From Thermodesulfobacteriota bacterium (lineage in GTDB: Bacteria > Desulfobacterota > Desulfobulbia > Desulfobulbales > SURF-16): a stretch of 64,000 bases of DNA. The stretch is from assembly GCA_040755455.1 (NCBI GenBank), contig JBFMAY010000007.1, forward strand, positions 1 through 64,000. The letters run 5' to 3'. This document shows positions 18,688 through 28,272 of this stretch, one piece after another. The translations under genes were made by a program, and so were the position numbers. Each line of letters begins with the position of its first letter. Position 1 is the stretch's first letter. The notes under the pieces were generated by a model, which was not told the origin of the DNA, searched no databases, and saw only the letters and a program-made list of their open reading frames with translations.

Positions 18688-20224
18688 ATTAAATTCCTAC
18701 GAGGAACTTGCCCGCAGAAATATTGAGATGAGGGACCTTGAAAAACTGGCAATTGATGCGCGCTTGGCCGGCGGCGCCATGACCGCCCGACAGAGGATGG
18801 AGCTTCTTTTTGATGAGGGGACTTTTCAGGAGATTGACCGTTTTGTCACCCACCGCTGCACGGATTTCGGCATGGACAAAAAACGGGTGTCGGGCGATGC
18901 GGTGATCTCCGGCAACGGCATGATCAACGGACGGCTGGTCCATGCCTATGCCCAGGACTTCAAGGTGCTGGGCGGTTCCTTTTCAGAGGAGAATACGAAA
19001 AAGATCTGCAAGGTGCTGGACAAGGCCATGCAGCTTGGCACGCCCTTTGTCGGTTTGAATGATTCCGGCGGTTCCAGAATCCAGGAGGGGGTCTGCGGTT
19101 TGGCCGGCGTGGCGGAACTGTTCTTGAGAAACACCCAGGCTTCCGGGCTCATTCCCCAGATTTCCGCCATTATGGGGCCCTGCGCCGGCGGGGCAAGCTA
19201 CTCTCCGGCGCTGACCGATTTCATCATCATGGTTGAAAAGCAGAGTCACATGTTCGTCACCGGTCCGGAGGTGATCAAGGCGGTGACCCACGAGGATGTC
19301 AGCATGGAGGAACTCGGCGGGGCCCGTAGCCATAATCAGCTGAGCGGGGTTAGCCATCTGCTTGCCGCGAATGACAAAGAGTGTATTGTCCTCATCCGCG
19401 AGCTTCTTGACTATATGCCGGCAAATAATCTGGAAGAAAGCCCGGTGAAAAAATGTTTTGACGATCCCCGCCGACGTGAGCCGTTGCTCAATGATTTCAT
19501 CCCGGCCGATTCACGCACCTCGTATGATGTGAAAGCCCTGCTCAGGGCCGTGGTGGATGACAGCTCATTTTTTGAAGTACAAGGCGGTTATGCCCCCAAT
19601 CTGGTTATCGGCTTTGCCCGACTCAACGGCAAATCAGTGGGCATTGTCGCCAATCAGCCGGCGTATCTGGCAGGCGCTCTCGACACCAGCGCCTCCCGCA
19701 AGGGCGCGCGGTTTGTCCGCTTCTGCGATGCCTTTAATATTCCCCTTGTCACCTTTGTGGATGTGCCGGGGTTTCTGCCCGGCAAGGAGCAGGAGCTTGA
19801 CGGCATCATCCGGGATGGAGCCAAACTGCTCTTTGCCTATTGCGAGGCCACGGTGCCCAAGATCAGCCTCATTACCCGCAAGGCCTATGGCGGTGCCTAT
19901 TGCGTCATGTCAAGCAAGCATATCCGCGGTGATTACAATTTTGCCTATCCCGGGGCGGAAATCGCCGTGATGGGCCCGGAAGCGGCGGTCAACATCATTT
20001 ACCGCCGGGAACTCGCCAAACAGCAGGATGAGACATGGCGCCTGCAGAAACTGGACGAGTACCGGGAGCGTTTCGCCAACCCTTATGTTGCGGCATCACG
20101 GGGATATATTGATGAGATCATCATGCCGGAGGACACCCGCTGGAAACTGATCATGGCCCTGGAGCGGCTGAAGACGAAGATGATAAAAAATCCCCCGAAA
20201 AAACATGGCAATATGCCGTTATGA
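18680..20224 (+). CDS. pccB: Acyl-CoA carboxylase carboxyltransferase beta subunit (PccB/MmdA family)
   Basis: QDFKVLGGS, DSGGSRIQEG, DVPGFLPG, RKAYGGAY, C-terminal KKHGNMPL. Confidence 0.9.
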   Translation: MTKLNSYEELARRNIEMRDLEKLAIDARLAGGAMTARQRMELLFDEGTFQEIDRFVTHRCTDFGMDKKRVSGDAVISGNGMINGRLVHAYAQDFKVLGGSFSEENTKKICKVLDKAMQLGTPFVGLNDSGGSRIQEGVCGLAGVAELFLRNTQASGLIPQISAIMGPCAGGASYSPALTDFIIMVEKQSHMFVTGPEVIKAVTHEDVSMEELGGARSHNQLSGVSHLLAANDKECIVLIRELLDYMPANNLEESPVKKCFDDPRRREPLLNDFIPADSRTSYDVKALLRAVVDDSSFFEVQGGYAPNLVIGFARLNGKSVGIVANQPAYLAGALDTSASRKGARFVRFCDAFNIPLVTFVDVPGFLPGKEQELDGIIRDGAKLLFAYCEATVPKISLITRKAYGGAYCVMSSKHIRGDYNFAYPGAEIAVMGPEAAVNIIYRRELAKQQDETWRLQKLDEYRERFANPYVAASRGYIDEIIMPEDTRWKLIMALERLKTKMIKNPPKKHGNMPL

Positions 20225-20311
20225 AAAGAGTTCCTGTTTTTTGGTGCTGACTGTTGCGTTGACTGACCAGGAAGATGACTCTTTGGCAACCCTAACCCGG
20301 AACGCAAACTC

Positions 20312-21808
20312 ATGTTTAGCAAAATCCTCATAGCAAACCGCGGCGAAATCGCCATCCGGATCATGCGAACCTGCCGGGAAATGGGCATTACCACTGTTGC
20401 CGTTTTTTCCGAGGCGGACAGGAAATCCCTGCATGTCCGCTATGCGGATGAGGCTTACTGCATCGGCCCTGCCCCTGCCATTAAAAGTTATCTTGACGGC
20501 GAGTCAATCCTGCAGGCAGCCCGCGGGTCCGGCGCCCAGGCGATCCATCCGGGCTACGGTTTTTTATCGGAGAATAGCGGTTTTGCTCGGCAGTGCCGGC
20601 AGGATGGTCTGGTTTTCATCGGTCCGCCGCCGGAAGTGATCGAGCAGATGGGCAATAAAACCGTGGCGCGGAAAACCATGCTGGCAAACGGGGTGCCGGT
20701 TATGCCCGGAACAACGGAGGCACTGGAGGATCTGGAGGAGGTCCGGCATGTCTGCGGCCAGATCGGCTTTCCGGTCATGCTGAAGGCTGCCTCCGGCGGC
20801 GGCGGCAAGGGTATGCGCATTGTCAGCGATGAGGCTGAGCTGCGGGATGCCTTTGCCGCCGTGCGGCGCGAGTCCTATGCCTCTTTTGCCGATTCCCGTA
20901 TCCTGGTGGAGCATTATTTCCCGCTGGCACGCCATATCGAGGTGCAGATTCTTGCTGACGGCCACGGCAATGTCGTTCACCTTTTCGAGCGGGAGTGTTC
21001 CATCCAGCGGCGCTACCAGAAGGTGGTGGAGGAATGTCCCTCTGTTTTCGTGGATGATGCCCTGCGCGCAAAACTTACCGCTGCAGCGGTGCAGGCTGGT
21101 AAAGCCGTCGGCTACACCGGGGCGGGCACGGTCGAGTTTCTGGTGGATGCGGCGAAGAATTTTTATTTTCTGGAGATGAACACCCGTATTCAGGTGGAAC
21201 ATTCGGTGACCGAGCTGGTGACCGGTATCGATCTGGTCAGGGAGCAGCTGCTGGCTGCGGCCGGAGAGCGGCTGAGCGTTGTCCAGGCAGACGTCCGCCC
21301 CTGCGGTTCTGCCATGGAATGCCGTATTTATGCGGAGGACCCCGGCAATGACTATATGCCGGCGCCGGGACTGATCAGCAAGGCGGTTTTCCCCGAGGGG
21401 CCGGGGGTCAGGGTGGACAGCGGCATCTATGAGGGATGGGATGTGTCCCTGCATTATGACCCCATGATCGCCAAAATTTCGGTGTGGGCAAGAACCCGTG
21501 AGGAGGCGAGACGCAGGATGCTGCGCGCCCTGGACGAATGCCTTGTGCACGGGGTAAAGACCAATCTTGATCTGCACCGGCGCATTTTAACCGATGAGCG
21601 TTTCATCAGGGGCATGATCGATACCCGCTTTCTTGACGGCGACATTGCCCGCCATCCTGAACCTGAGCTGCAGGCTGATCTGGCTATTATCGCCTCTGTC
21701 TGCAGCGTGCTGTCATCCTCTCCTGACCGGGAGGACAGTATTGCCAGGGAAGAGACCGGCCTCTGGCGCATGGCCAGCAAGTACCAGTTCTGGGCAACGC
21801 GATTTTAG
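20312..21808 (+). CDS. accC: Biotin carboxylase subunit
   Basis: KILIANRGEIA, HPGYGFLSEN, GGGGKGMR, FLEMNTRIQVEH. Confidence 0.95.
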   Translation: MFSKILIANRGEIAIRIMRTCREMGITTVAVFSEADRKSLHVRYADEAYCIGPAPAIKSYLDGESILQAARGSGAQAIHPGYGFLSENSGFARQCRQDGLVFIGPPPEVIEQMGNKTVARKTMLANGVPVMPGTTEALEDLEEVRHVCGQIGFPVMLKAASGGGGKGMRIVSDEAELRDAFAAVRRESYASFADSRILVEHYFPLARHIEVQILADGHGNVVHLFERECSIQRRYQKVVEECPSVFVDDALRAKLTAAAVQAGKAVGYTGAGTVEFLVDAAKNFYFLEMNTRIQVEHSVTELVTGIDLVREQLLAAAGERLSVVQADVRPCGSAMECRIYAEDPGNDYMPAPGLISKAVFPEGPGVRVDSGIYEGWDVSLHYDPMIAKISVWARTREEARRRMLRALDECLVHGVKTNLDLHRRILTDERFIRGMIDTRFLDGDIARHPEPELQADLAIIASVCSVLSSSPDREDSIAREETGLWRMASKYQFWATRF

Positions 21809-21859
21809 GGACCGTTACGAAATCATTGCCAAACCTTTCGTTGCGGCCCCTTTATGCCG
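21808..21859. repeat. Short palindromic intergenic repeat, copy 1 of 3
   Basis: GGGACCGTTACGAAA..TTTCGTTGCGGCCCC followed by TTTATGCCG; resembles 49832..49892 and 60122..60180. Confidence 0.55.
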
Positions 21860-22016
21860 CTAACAGTATCCTGAGGTAACAGTTATTTCCTTACCACGCT
21901 TTAGAGGGGATTTTCGACTTGATATTACGTATTCGATGTTTCTTGCACCTGTTTGATTCCATGTTGCTCCTTGCGGCTTATTGCCTGGCTGGGAACCGCC
22001 GTGCAGGCAGGTGTTC

Positions 22017-22517
22017 ATGAAGCGGGAAGTCAGGGTTGACAATAGAACGTATCAGGTCGAATATGAGAAGGCGGCCAATGATATAAGGGTGTCGGTGGAC
22101 GGACGCAGCTATCTGGTCGACGCCTCAACCGTTGACGGCGGTTTTTACTCTTTATTAGTTAACGGCCGCTCTTATGATGCCTTTGTCAGCAGGGAGAAAG
22201 ACACTTTTGCCGTGGTGCTTGCCGGACAGGCCTTGGCTGTCGATTTTTATGATCCCAGAAGCAGACAGCCGTCTGATGAGAGCAAACGCTCGGCCGGGAT
22301 TTCCCGCCAGACCATCTGCGCCCCCATGGCTGGCCGCATCGTCCGTTTTCAGGTGGCGGCAGGGGAGTTGGTGCGGGATGGACAGGGGCTCATTGTCCTG
22401 GAGGCAATGAAGATGGAAAATGAATTGAAGTCCCAGGGCATCGGCCAGGTCCGGGAAATTCTTGTCGCGGAAAACGATATTGTTGCCCCCGGCCAGCACC
22501 TGATGATTATCGAATAA
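22017..22517 (+). CDS. Biotin carboxyl carrier protein
   Basis: APMAG..EAMKMENE biotinylation motif; ATG at 22017. Confidence 0.9.
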   Translation: MKREVRVDNRTYQVEYEKAANDIRVSVDGRSYLVDASTVDGGFYSLLVNGRSYDAFVSREKDTFAVVLAGQALAVDFYDPRSRQPSDESKRSAGISRQTICAPMAGRIVRFQVAAGELVRDGQGLIVLEAMKMENELKSQGIGQVREILVAENDIVAPGQHLMIIE

Positions 22518-22605
22518 GAGCTCTTGGCCGGCAGCTTCTCAAACCCTGCCGCAGCCGTAAGCCGCCTTCCCCCCATGACCTCCACCGGCCATGCGTAACC
22601 ACCTG

Positions 22606-22986
22606 TTACCGGCCGGCCTTGTTACCCCTTTTCCGACCAATGAGCAGCCAGCCGTAGGCCATGAGATTGATGGCCAGGACCGCGATGCCGAAAAAGATCT
22701 GCATCTCCCGGGTCAGTCCGGCGGGATAAATGATCGGCTCCAGATAATGTTCAATAAAACCGACAGAATAGGTCGGTTGACCGCCTGCCTGGCGGAGATG
22801 CTGTTCAAGGGGGGTGAGCGGGCATATCCAGCCCTGGAATTCAATGAGGGCGCCCCAGGCCGCGGCGGGAATATGCAGATACGCCATCCGGGGCCATTTC
22901 AGCACCAGGCAACCGCCGGCCACCACAAAGATGATGAAGAAGAAATGAACAATCACCAGCAGATCGGCACCCAGTCGGCAGAGCAT
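22606..22986 (-). CDS. DUF2784 family membrane protein
   Basis: ADLL..VHFFFIIFVV.GG, HIPAAAW, CPLTPLE, GFIEHYL; start at ATG 22986. Confidence 0.85.
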   Translation of the reverse strand: MLCRLGADLLVIVHFFFIIFVVAGGCLVLKWPRMAYLHIPAAAWGALIEFQGWICPLTPLEQHLRQAGGQPTYSVGFIEHYLEPIIYPAGLTREMQIFFGIAVLAINLMAYGWLLIGRKRGNKAGR

Positions 22987-23005
22987 GGCAATATTGATCC
23001 TGCGG

Positions 23006-24190
23006 TTACAGCCAGACGCCGGGGATGGTGGTCCGGCAGAATTTGCACTGGTTCCCCTCCAGGTTGCTGACCGGCATCTGGTAGCCGCGCCGTTCGATGA
23101 GCAGTTGCCCGCACTGGTGGCAGTATGTGTTGCTTCCTGGATGATCCGGCAGGTTGCCCAGATAGACATAGCGTATGCCCTCGGCCATGGCCAGTTTCCG
23201 GAAGTTATCCAGGGTGGAGACCGGAGTGGGGGGCAGGCGGGTCAATTTGTAGTTCGGGAAAAAACGCAGAAAGTGCAGGGGGTGGTCAGGTCCGAGATTG
23301 GTCACTATCCAGCCGCACATCTTCTTGATCATCTCCGCATCATCGATATAACCCGGCACCACCAGGGTCGTCATTTCAAAATGGATCCCCTGCTCATGCA
23401 TGGTCCTGAAGGTATCGAGCACCGGCTGCAGCCGGCCGCCGTTCAGTTTACGGTAGATGGCGTCGTCAAATGACTTGAGATTGACATTGGCGGCGTTGAT
23501 CACCTTGCATAATGCAAGCAAGGGCTCCTTATTGATGTAACCGTTGGAAATCCACAGGTTGTTGAGGCCGGCATCCGTGGCCAGGCGGGCGGTGTCGATC
23601 ATGTATTCAAAGTATGTGGTGGCCTCGGAGTAGGTGTAGGCGATGGAGGCGGCGCCTGCCTCCCTGGCCTTTTGTGCCACCGCGGCCGGAAACATTTCCT
23701 CATGGCGCACCTCATGGGGCTTGACCTGGGAGATCTCCCAGTTCTGGCAGTTGAGGCAGCGGAAATTGCAGCCTGTGGCGGCAATGGAAAAGGCGGTGGT
23801 CCCCGGTTTGAAATGAAAGAGCGGCTTTTTCTCCACCGGATCAAGATGCACCGCGCAGGGGTTGCCGTAGGCCAGGCTGTACAGGGTGCCGCCCATATTC
23901 ACCTTGGAGCGGCAGACACTGCGGTCCCCCGGCGCCAGCAGGCAGCGGTTGGGGCAGATGTTGCACATCACCTTGCCCTCTTCCAGCTTTTGGTAGGAGA
24001 AACCCTCTTTGTGCCACTTCCACAGGGTTTTCGGGGCGTCGTTCTTGAAAATCGTGCCCCGGATGTCTTCCTCACCTGATATCTCATGCCGGTCGCCGGG
24101 AAACGGCCAGAATTCGGCATGGGCCGTGCCGGACTGGGCCAGCAGAGCGGCGCTCAAACAGAGGAAGGTGCGGCGGTCAATGGGTTTCAT
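23006..24190 (-). CDS. amrS: AmmeMemoRadiSam system radical SAM enzyme with a Tat-like signal
   Basis: CNICPNRC, DPVEKKPLFHF, CNFRCLNCQNWEISQ, YVYLGN, CHQC/CKFC; N-terminal DRRTFL..AHA. Confidence 0.9.
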   Translation of the reverse strand: MKPIDRRTFLCLSAALLAQSGTAHAEFWPFPGDRHEISGEEDIRGTIFKNDAPKTLWKWHKEGFSYQKLEEGKVMCNICPNRCLLAPGDRSVCRSKVNMGGTLYSLAYGNPCAVHLDPVEKKPLFHFKPGTTAFSIAATGCNFRCLNCQNWEISQVKPHEVRHEEMFPAAVAQKAREAGAASIAYTYSEATTYFEYMIDTARLATDAGLNNLWISNGYINKEPLLALCKVINAANVNLKSFDDAIYRKLNGGRLQPVLDTFRTMHEQGIHFEMTTLVVPGYIDDAEMIKKMCGWIVTNLGPDHPLHFLRFFPNYKLTRLPPTPVSTLDNFRKLAMAEGIRYVYLGNLPDHPGSNTYCHQCGQLLIERRGYQMPVSNLEGNQCKFCRTTIPGVWL

Positions 24191-24256
24191 GATTTTATTT
24201 TAACATAAAGTTTGCCGGCATGAATGAAAATCACGCGGTTAGCTGCTTGCCGGGTT

Positions 24257-26362
24257 TTATCGCGGTCCTGATTGAGAATCGTTGCCCGCCGCGTCTGGTA
24301 ACAGCAGGGGGGCCAGAGCGCACATGCCGAAAACTTTGATCAGGACGAGACCGACCGTGGCCCAGAGGATGCCGAGAAAGGGGATGAACAGCAGACTGGT
24401 GATCAGGGTGCCGCAGGCCGCGCCGATGAGGTCGGAGGAAAAGGTCCTGGCCGCGGCCGGGTTGTCCCCGCCCCCCAGGGTGAGGGCCAGGGGAAACTGG
24501 CAGCCGCACAGCAGGGATACGGTAAAACCGAACAGCAGAAAAAAAACGGGCTGCAGCTGGTCGTGGGCTGAGGTCAGTGCCAGCAGGAGAAAGGCCAGGA
24601 GCAGGATGAGGAACGTGTCGCAGAGCGCAAGAGTCTTTTTAAAATTTCTGCGCCTGCGCAGCTGTTCCCCGAGCCAGGCGCCGGGCAGCAAACCGGCGAG
24701 GAAGACGGTCACCAGCAGGCCGATCTGCTCGTAAACGTAGCCGAACAGGATCTGATAAATGAAGATGACCAGGGTTTCACTGCCCATGATGACAAAGCCG
24801 GTGGAAAACAACACCAGTTCCTCGCGCCGGCAGCGGCAGAGATAAATGGTCAGCAGCATGAAGCCAGCGACAATGAAAGGCAGCGGTGAGGTGGCGAAAC
24901 GGGCGAACCATTGCTGAAACATGATGCGCAGCAGAAAAGGCGAGGTGTCGAGATTTACCGGAGTGTCGGCCTGCAGATTGTCCCGCAGGTATTGCAGCCG
25001 TTCCGGGGTGATGTTGCCGCTGAAAAAACTGCTGATAAAGGTGGTGTTTATACCCCTGTTGTTGAGCAGGGCCGGAATATCGGGATTGAGCGGCTGGTTG
25101 CAGCAGAGGAAATAGACTTTGTTGCCGGGCAGCGACAGGACATGTTGGAAATGGAGCCGGGCGGTATTGAAAAGTGAGGAGATTTTCAAACGGGCAGGTT
25201 CGGAGAGGTAATTGTCAAAGCCCGCCACGCTGAAGGCGAAGATCCCGTCCGGCTGCAGGTGCTGCCGGGCCAGCCGGAAAAACTCGGCGGTGAAAAAGCG
25301 GTTGATCTGGAAGGTGTTCGGTTCCGGCAGGTTGATGATGATGGCATCGTAGAGCCGGTCCGTTTTGGCCAGAAAGGCCCTGCCGTCCTGATGAATGATA
25401 TGCAGCCCCGGCAAGGGTTCCAGCAGTTTGTAGCGCAGCTGGACATCGGTCAGCTGGCGGTCGATCTCAAGATAGTCCACCTGGTCTGGCCGGTATTTAG
25501 CCGCCTCCTGCAGCATGCCTCCCTCGGCCCCGATGAGCAAAACGGCGTGGGGGTCGTCAATCTGCGACAGGGGGAAATGGATGGTCTCTTCGTCCTGGCT
25601 GACATTCTGGTTGCTGAAAATGGGGGCGCCATCGACAAAGATGGTCAGCAGTTCCCTGTCCTGGTGGACGGTGATGCGGCCATAGCGTGATTCCTCATAG
25701 TGGATCAGGCGTCCCTCAAAAGGGGTGAGCGATTGCTTTTCCAGGAGCAGGCCGGCAAGCAGCATGGCCACGGAGCCTGCCAGGGCCAGAAGAAAGGCGG
25801 GGCGTACCCGTTGCCCGCCGGGGATGAGGAGAAACGCGGCAGCCAGCAGTGGAAGATTGGCCGCGAACACGGATTGCAAAGGGGTGAGCCACAATACCAG
25901 GACAAAGGAGAACAGCACCCCGCCAATGATATCGCCGACATTGTCCTGCATGTAGATCCGCGCCCCGGGATAGTCAGTCTGCTGATTGCGGAGTACATAT
26001 AGGCTGTAGGGCACGAGAAAGCCGTTCAGGATGCCGTAGGGCGCGGTCAGGCCAAAGATGGCTGCCATGGTGGGGTAGAAGCCCACGTCCGCGCCATGCA
26101 GGAAGATAATGTCCCGCAGGGTGCGGATGGCCAGGATCTCCATGGCGGCAAAGGCGGCCAGCAGGAGAGACAGCAGGGCCAGCCGGGTGAGGCCCGCCGG
26201 CCGACGGCGGATGGCAAGCAGGGCCAGCCACGCCCCCATGCCGCCCAGGATAAGCCAGGAAAAAAAGATCAGGGCAATGGTGAACTCGTTGCCCTGAAAC
26301 TGGGCGAGAAACTCCCGCACCAGCACCAGCTGCATCACCACCGAGGCAAGCCCGATGGCCAT
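24257..26362 (-). CDS. Membrane-fused spermidine synthase-like protein
   Basis: TM blocks flank ESRYGRI, LLIGAEGG, YLEID, DGRAFL, YDAIIINLPEP and NRFFTAEFF. Confidence 0.8.
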   Translation of the reverse strand: MAIGLASVVMQLVLVREFLAQFQGNEFTIALIFFSWLILGGMGAWLALLAIRRRPAGLTRLALLSLLLAAFAAMEILAIRTLRDIIFLHGADVGFYPTMAAIFGLTAPYGILNGFLVPYSLYVLRNQQTDYPGARIYMQDNVGDIIGGVLFSFVLVLWLTPLQSVFAANLPLLAAAFLLIPGGQRVRPAFLLALAGSVAMLLAGLLLEKQSLTPFEGRLIHYEESRYGRITVHQDRELLTIFVDGAPIFSNQNVSQDEETIHFPLSQIDDPHAVLLIGAEGGMLQEAAKYRPDQVDYLEIDRQLTDVQLRYKLLEPLPGLHIIHQDGRAFLAKTDRLYDAIIINLPEPNTFQINRFFTAEFFRLARQHLQPDGIFAFSVAGFDNYLSEPARLKISSLFNTARLHFQHVLSLPGNKVYFLCCNQPLNPDIPALLNNRGINTTFISSFFSGNITPERLQYLRDNLQADTPVNLDTSPFLLRIMFQQWFARFATSPLPFIVAGFMLLTIYLCRCRREELVLFSTGFVIMGSETLVIFIYQILFGYVYEQIGLLVTVFLAGLLPGAWLGEQLRRRRNFKKTLALCDTFLILLLAFLLLALTSAHDQLQPVFFLLFGFTVSLLCGCQFPLALTLGGGDNPAAARTFSSDLIGAACGTLITSLLFIPFLGILWATVGLVLIKVFGMCALAPLLLPDAAGNDSQSGPR

Positions 26363-26393
26363 GACGACCCGGCTGACGGCCTGTTGTTCGCTG

Positions 26394-27878
26394 TTATTCG
26401 CTGAAGTACTGAACCTGATAGGTTAGAACCTCCAGTTTTCCGGTCTGCCAGGCATCGGGGTGAAGTCCCGCCTTCATGCAGAGACGGTTCAAAAAATCTT
26501 CCGGCTGGGGCAGCTGATCCCATACCTGGGGCAGGAAGGTGGCGCTGGAAAACCCGTCCCGCAGAATGACCCCGTCGATCTGCGGGCGCAGCTTGGCCAC
26601 CAGGTCCGCCCCGTTGTCATAAGACAGCGGTTTGGGGTCGGTGAGAATACTCACCTCGATATCCACCTCGTCGAATTCCTTTTGCTGCAAGGGAGGAAAG
26701 CGGGGGTCGCCAAAGGCGGCGTTGACCGCATTGCGGCGGATGTTGGCGGCTATGGATTCCACCGGGGCGATTGAGCCGATGCATCCCCGCAGCTGGCCAT
26801 GTCGGTGCAGGGTGACAAAGGTGCCGCGTTCCTGCTGCAAAACCGGATCATGCAGTTTTTCCCCCAGTTTTTTCTGTTCATCGTCCGGGACGGTAAGGCC
26901 GAGCTTGAGGGCGATGGTCTGCCGGGCCAGGGTAAGCAGGGTTCTGCCCTGTTCCTCAGTAATCGCCCCGGTTGAGGTGTTCTGTTTGTCCATGGTGGTA
27001 TCTCCATAAAAGGCAATGGCTGCATAGCCGACAACCTTGTCGCGGCTGCCGGCGGTGTCGCCGCTGTTGGCATAATGAATGAGCACGGGCTTCCAGCTGT
27101 GGCGCCCGGCGAGGTCGATCAGCACTTGCAGGGGAGCAACTCCGCAGGCGCTGTTGTCGCTTGCCGCCAGTGATTGCCCGTCCAGATTGAGGATATGGTT
27201 GATGGTCTGCCGGTCCTTGGCCACCGCCAGGTCGTAAGGGAGGTAGTGCGACAGATCCGAGCTGACGACCACCAAGGTTTCAGGGGTGAGCAGCGGATCA
27301 AGGGCGGAGGCGATGGCGGCAGGCTGGCCCGGGCCCAGCACGATGGGCACCAGTTCGAAGGTGCCGAGCAGATACTGCAGAAAGGGCAAAATAACCTCAA
27401 GAGAGTGCTCCGCATCGACGGCCCCGGTAACCGCACGGAACAGCTCTTTCTGTTGGAGCAGCTGGCGGGCATCGGCATGGAGCGGGATCAGCCCCAGCGG
27501 GGTGCGGTAACTGTCCACTGCGCTGATGGCGCCGTTCTTGAACCCCACCCGGTGGTCCGGTCCCAGCAGTATCACCTTGGTGAACTGGTTTCTGTCAAGC
27601 ACCAGGGCGGAGTGGGCCGCCGTGGGGCCGGAGTATATATAGCCGGCATGGGGCAGTATCAGGGCGTGCAGGACCTGGCCGGCTGGTTTGGCAAAGGGAT
27701 CCTGCCGGGCCTGGCTGCAGAGTTTGGCAAGGTCGGCGGTCAAAGCGGCGCTGTCGGCGGGATAGAACCCGCCGGCCCAGACAGGCTCGCGGCAATCGCT
27801 GCTTGCTGCGGCGGCTGCCGCCGCAGCAAGGACAAGAAAAATGGTAAACGCAATGAACAGGGATCGGAAAATGGCCAT
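26394..27878 (-). CDS. Fused AmmeMemoRadiSam protein B (MEMO1) plus protein A (AMMECR1) with signal peptide
   Basis: REPVWAGGFYP, PHAGYIYSG, EHSLE, SSDLSHY, VVGYAA; then GTFVTL..LRGCIG, DPRF, ATFLPQVW. Confidence 0.9.
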   Translation of the reverse strand: MAIFRSLFIAFTIFLVLAAAAAAAASSDCREPVWAGGFYPADSAALTADLAKLCSQARQDPFAKPAGQVLHALILPHAGYIYSGPTAAHSALVLDRNQFTKVILLGPDHRVGFKNGAISAVDSYRTPLGLIPLHADARQLLQQKELFRAVTGAVDAEHSLEVILPFLQYLLGTFELVPIVLGPGQPAAIASALDPLLTPETLVVVSSDLSHYLPYDLAVAKDRQTINHILNLDGQSLAASDNSACGVAPLQVLIDLAGRHSWKPVLIHYANSGDTAGSRDKVVGYAAIAFYGDTTMDKQNTSTGAITEEQGRTLLTLARQTIALKLGLTVPDDEQKKLGEKLHDPVLQQERGTFVTLHRHGQLRGCIGSIAPVESIAANIRRNAVNAAFGDPRFPPLQQKEFDEVDIEVSILTDPKPLSYDNGADLVAKLRPQIDGVILRDGFSSATFLPQVWDQLPQPEDFLNRLCMKAGLHPDAWQTGKLEVLTYQVQYFSE

Positions 27879-28272
27879 GGTCTTTTCCCCGGGGAAGAGG
27901 CGTGTTCCGCAGCCGTTTTTTTTGGGTGCTGGAACAAAAAAATCGGAAAATCACTCTGATATTACATAAAAAAAACTATACCGCGTTACGGGGAAAAAGT
28001 GAAAGGAAATATGGCAGAAATCCGGCTGATCGACCATGACGATGGAGTCCGGCTGCATCTTTTTTGCATACGATCAGCAGGGGGATGTTTTATCATTAGC
28101 CACGAAAAAAGATGAAAATAGCAGCGAAGATAACACTCTTCAATTATAATGAAATACATTGCTGGTTCCCCACTGGGTTGCCCCTGTTCAACGCAAACCC
28201 GCGTCGGGAAACCGGGCAGGGGCAGGCTGAAGGATGACCGCGCCTGAGCAGGTAATTTCTAAGGAGGATGAC

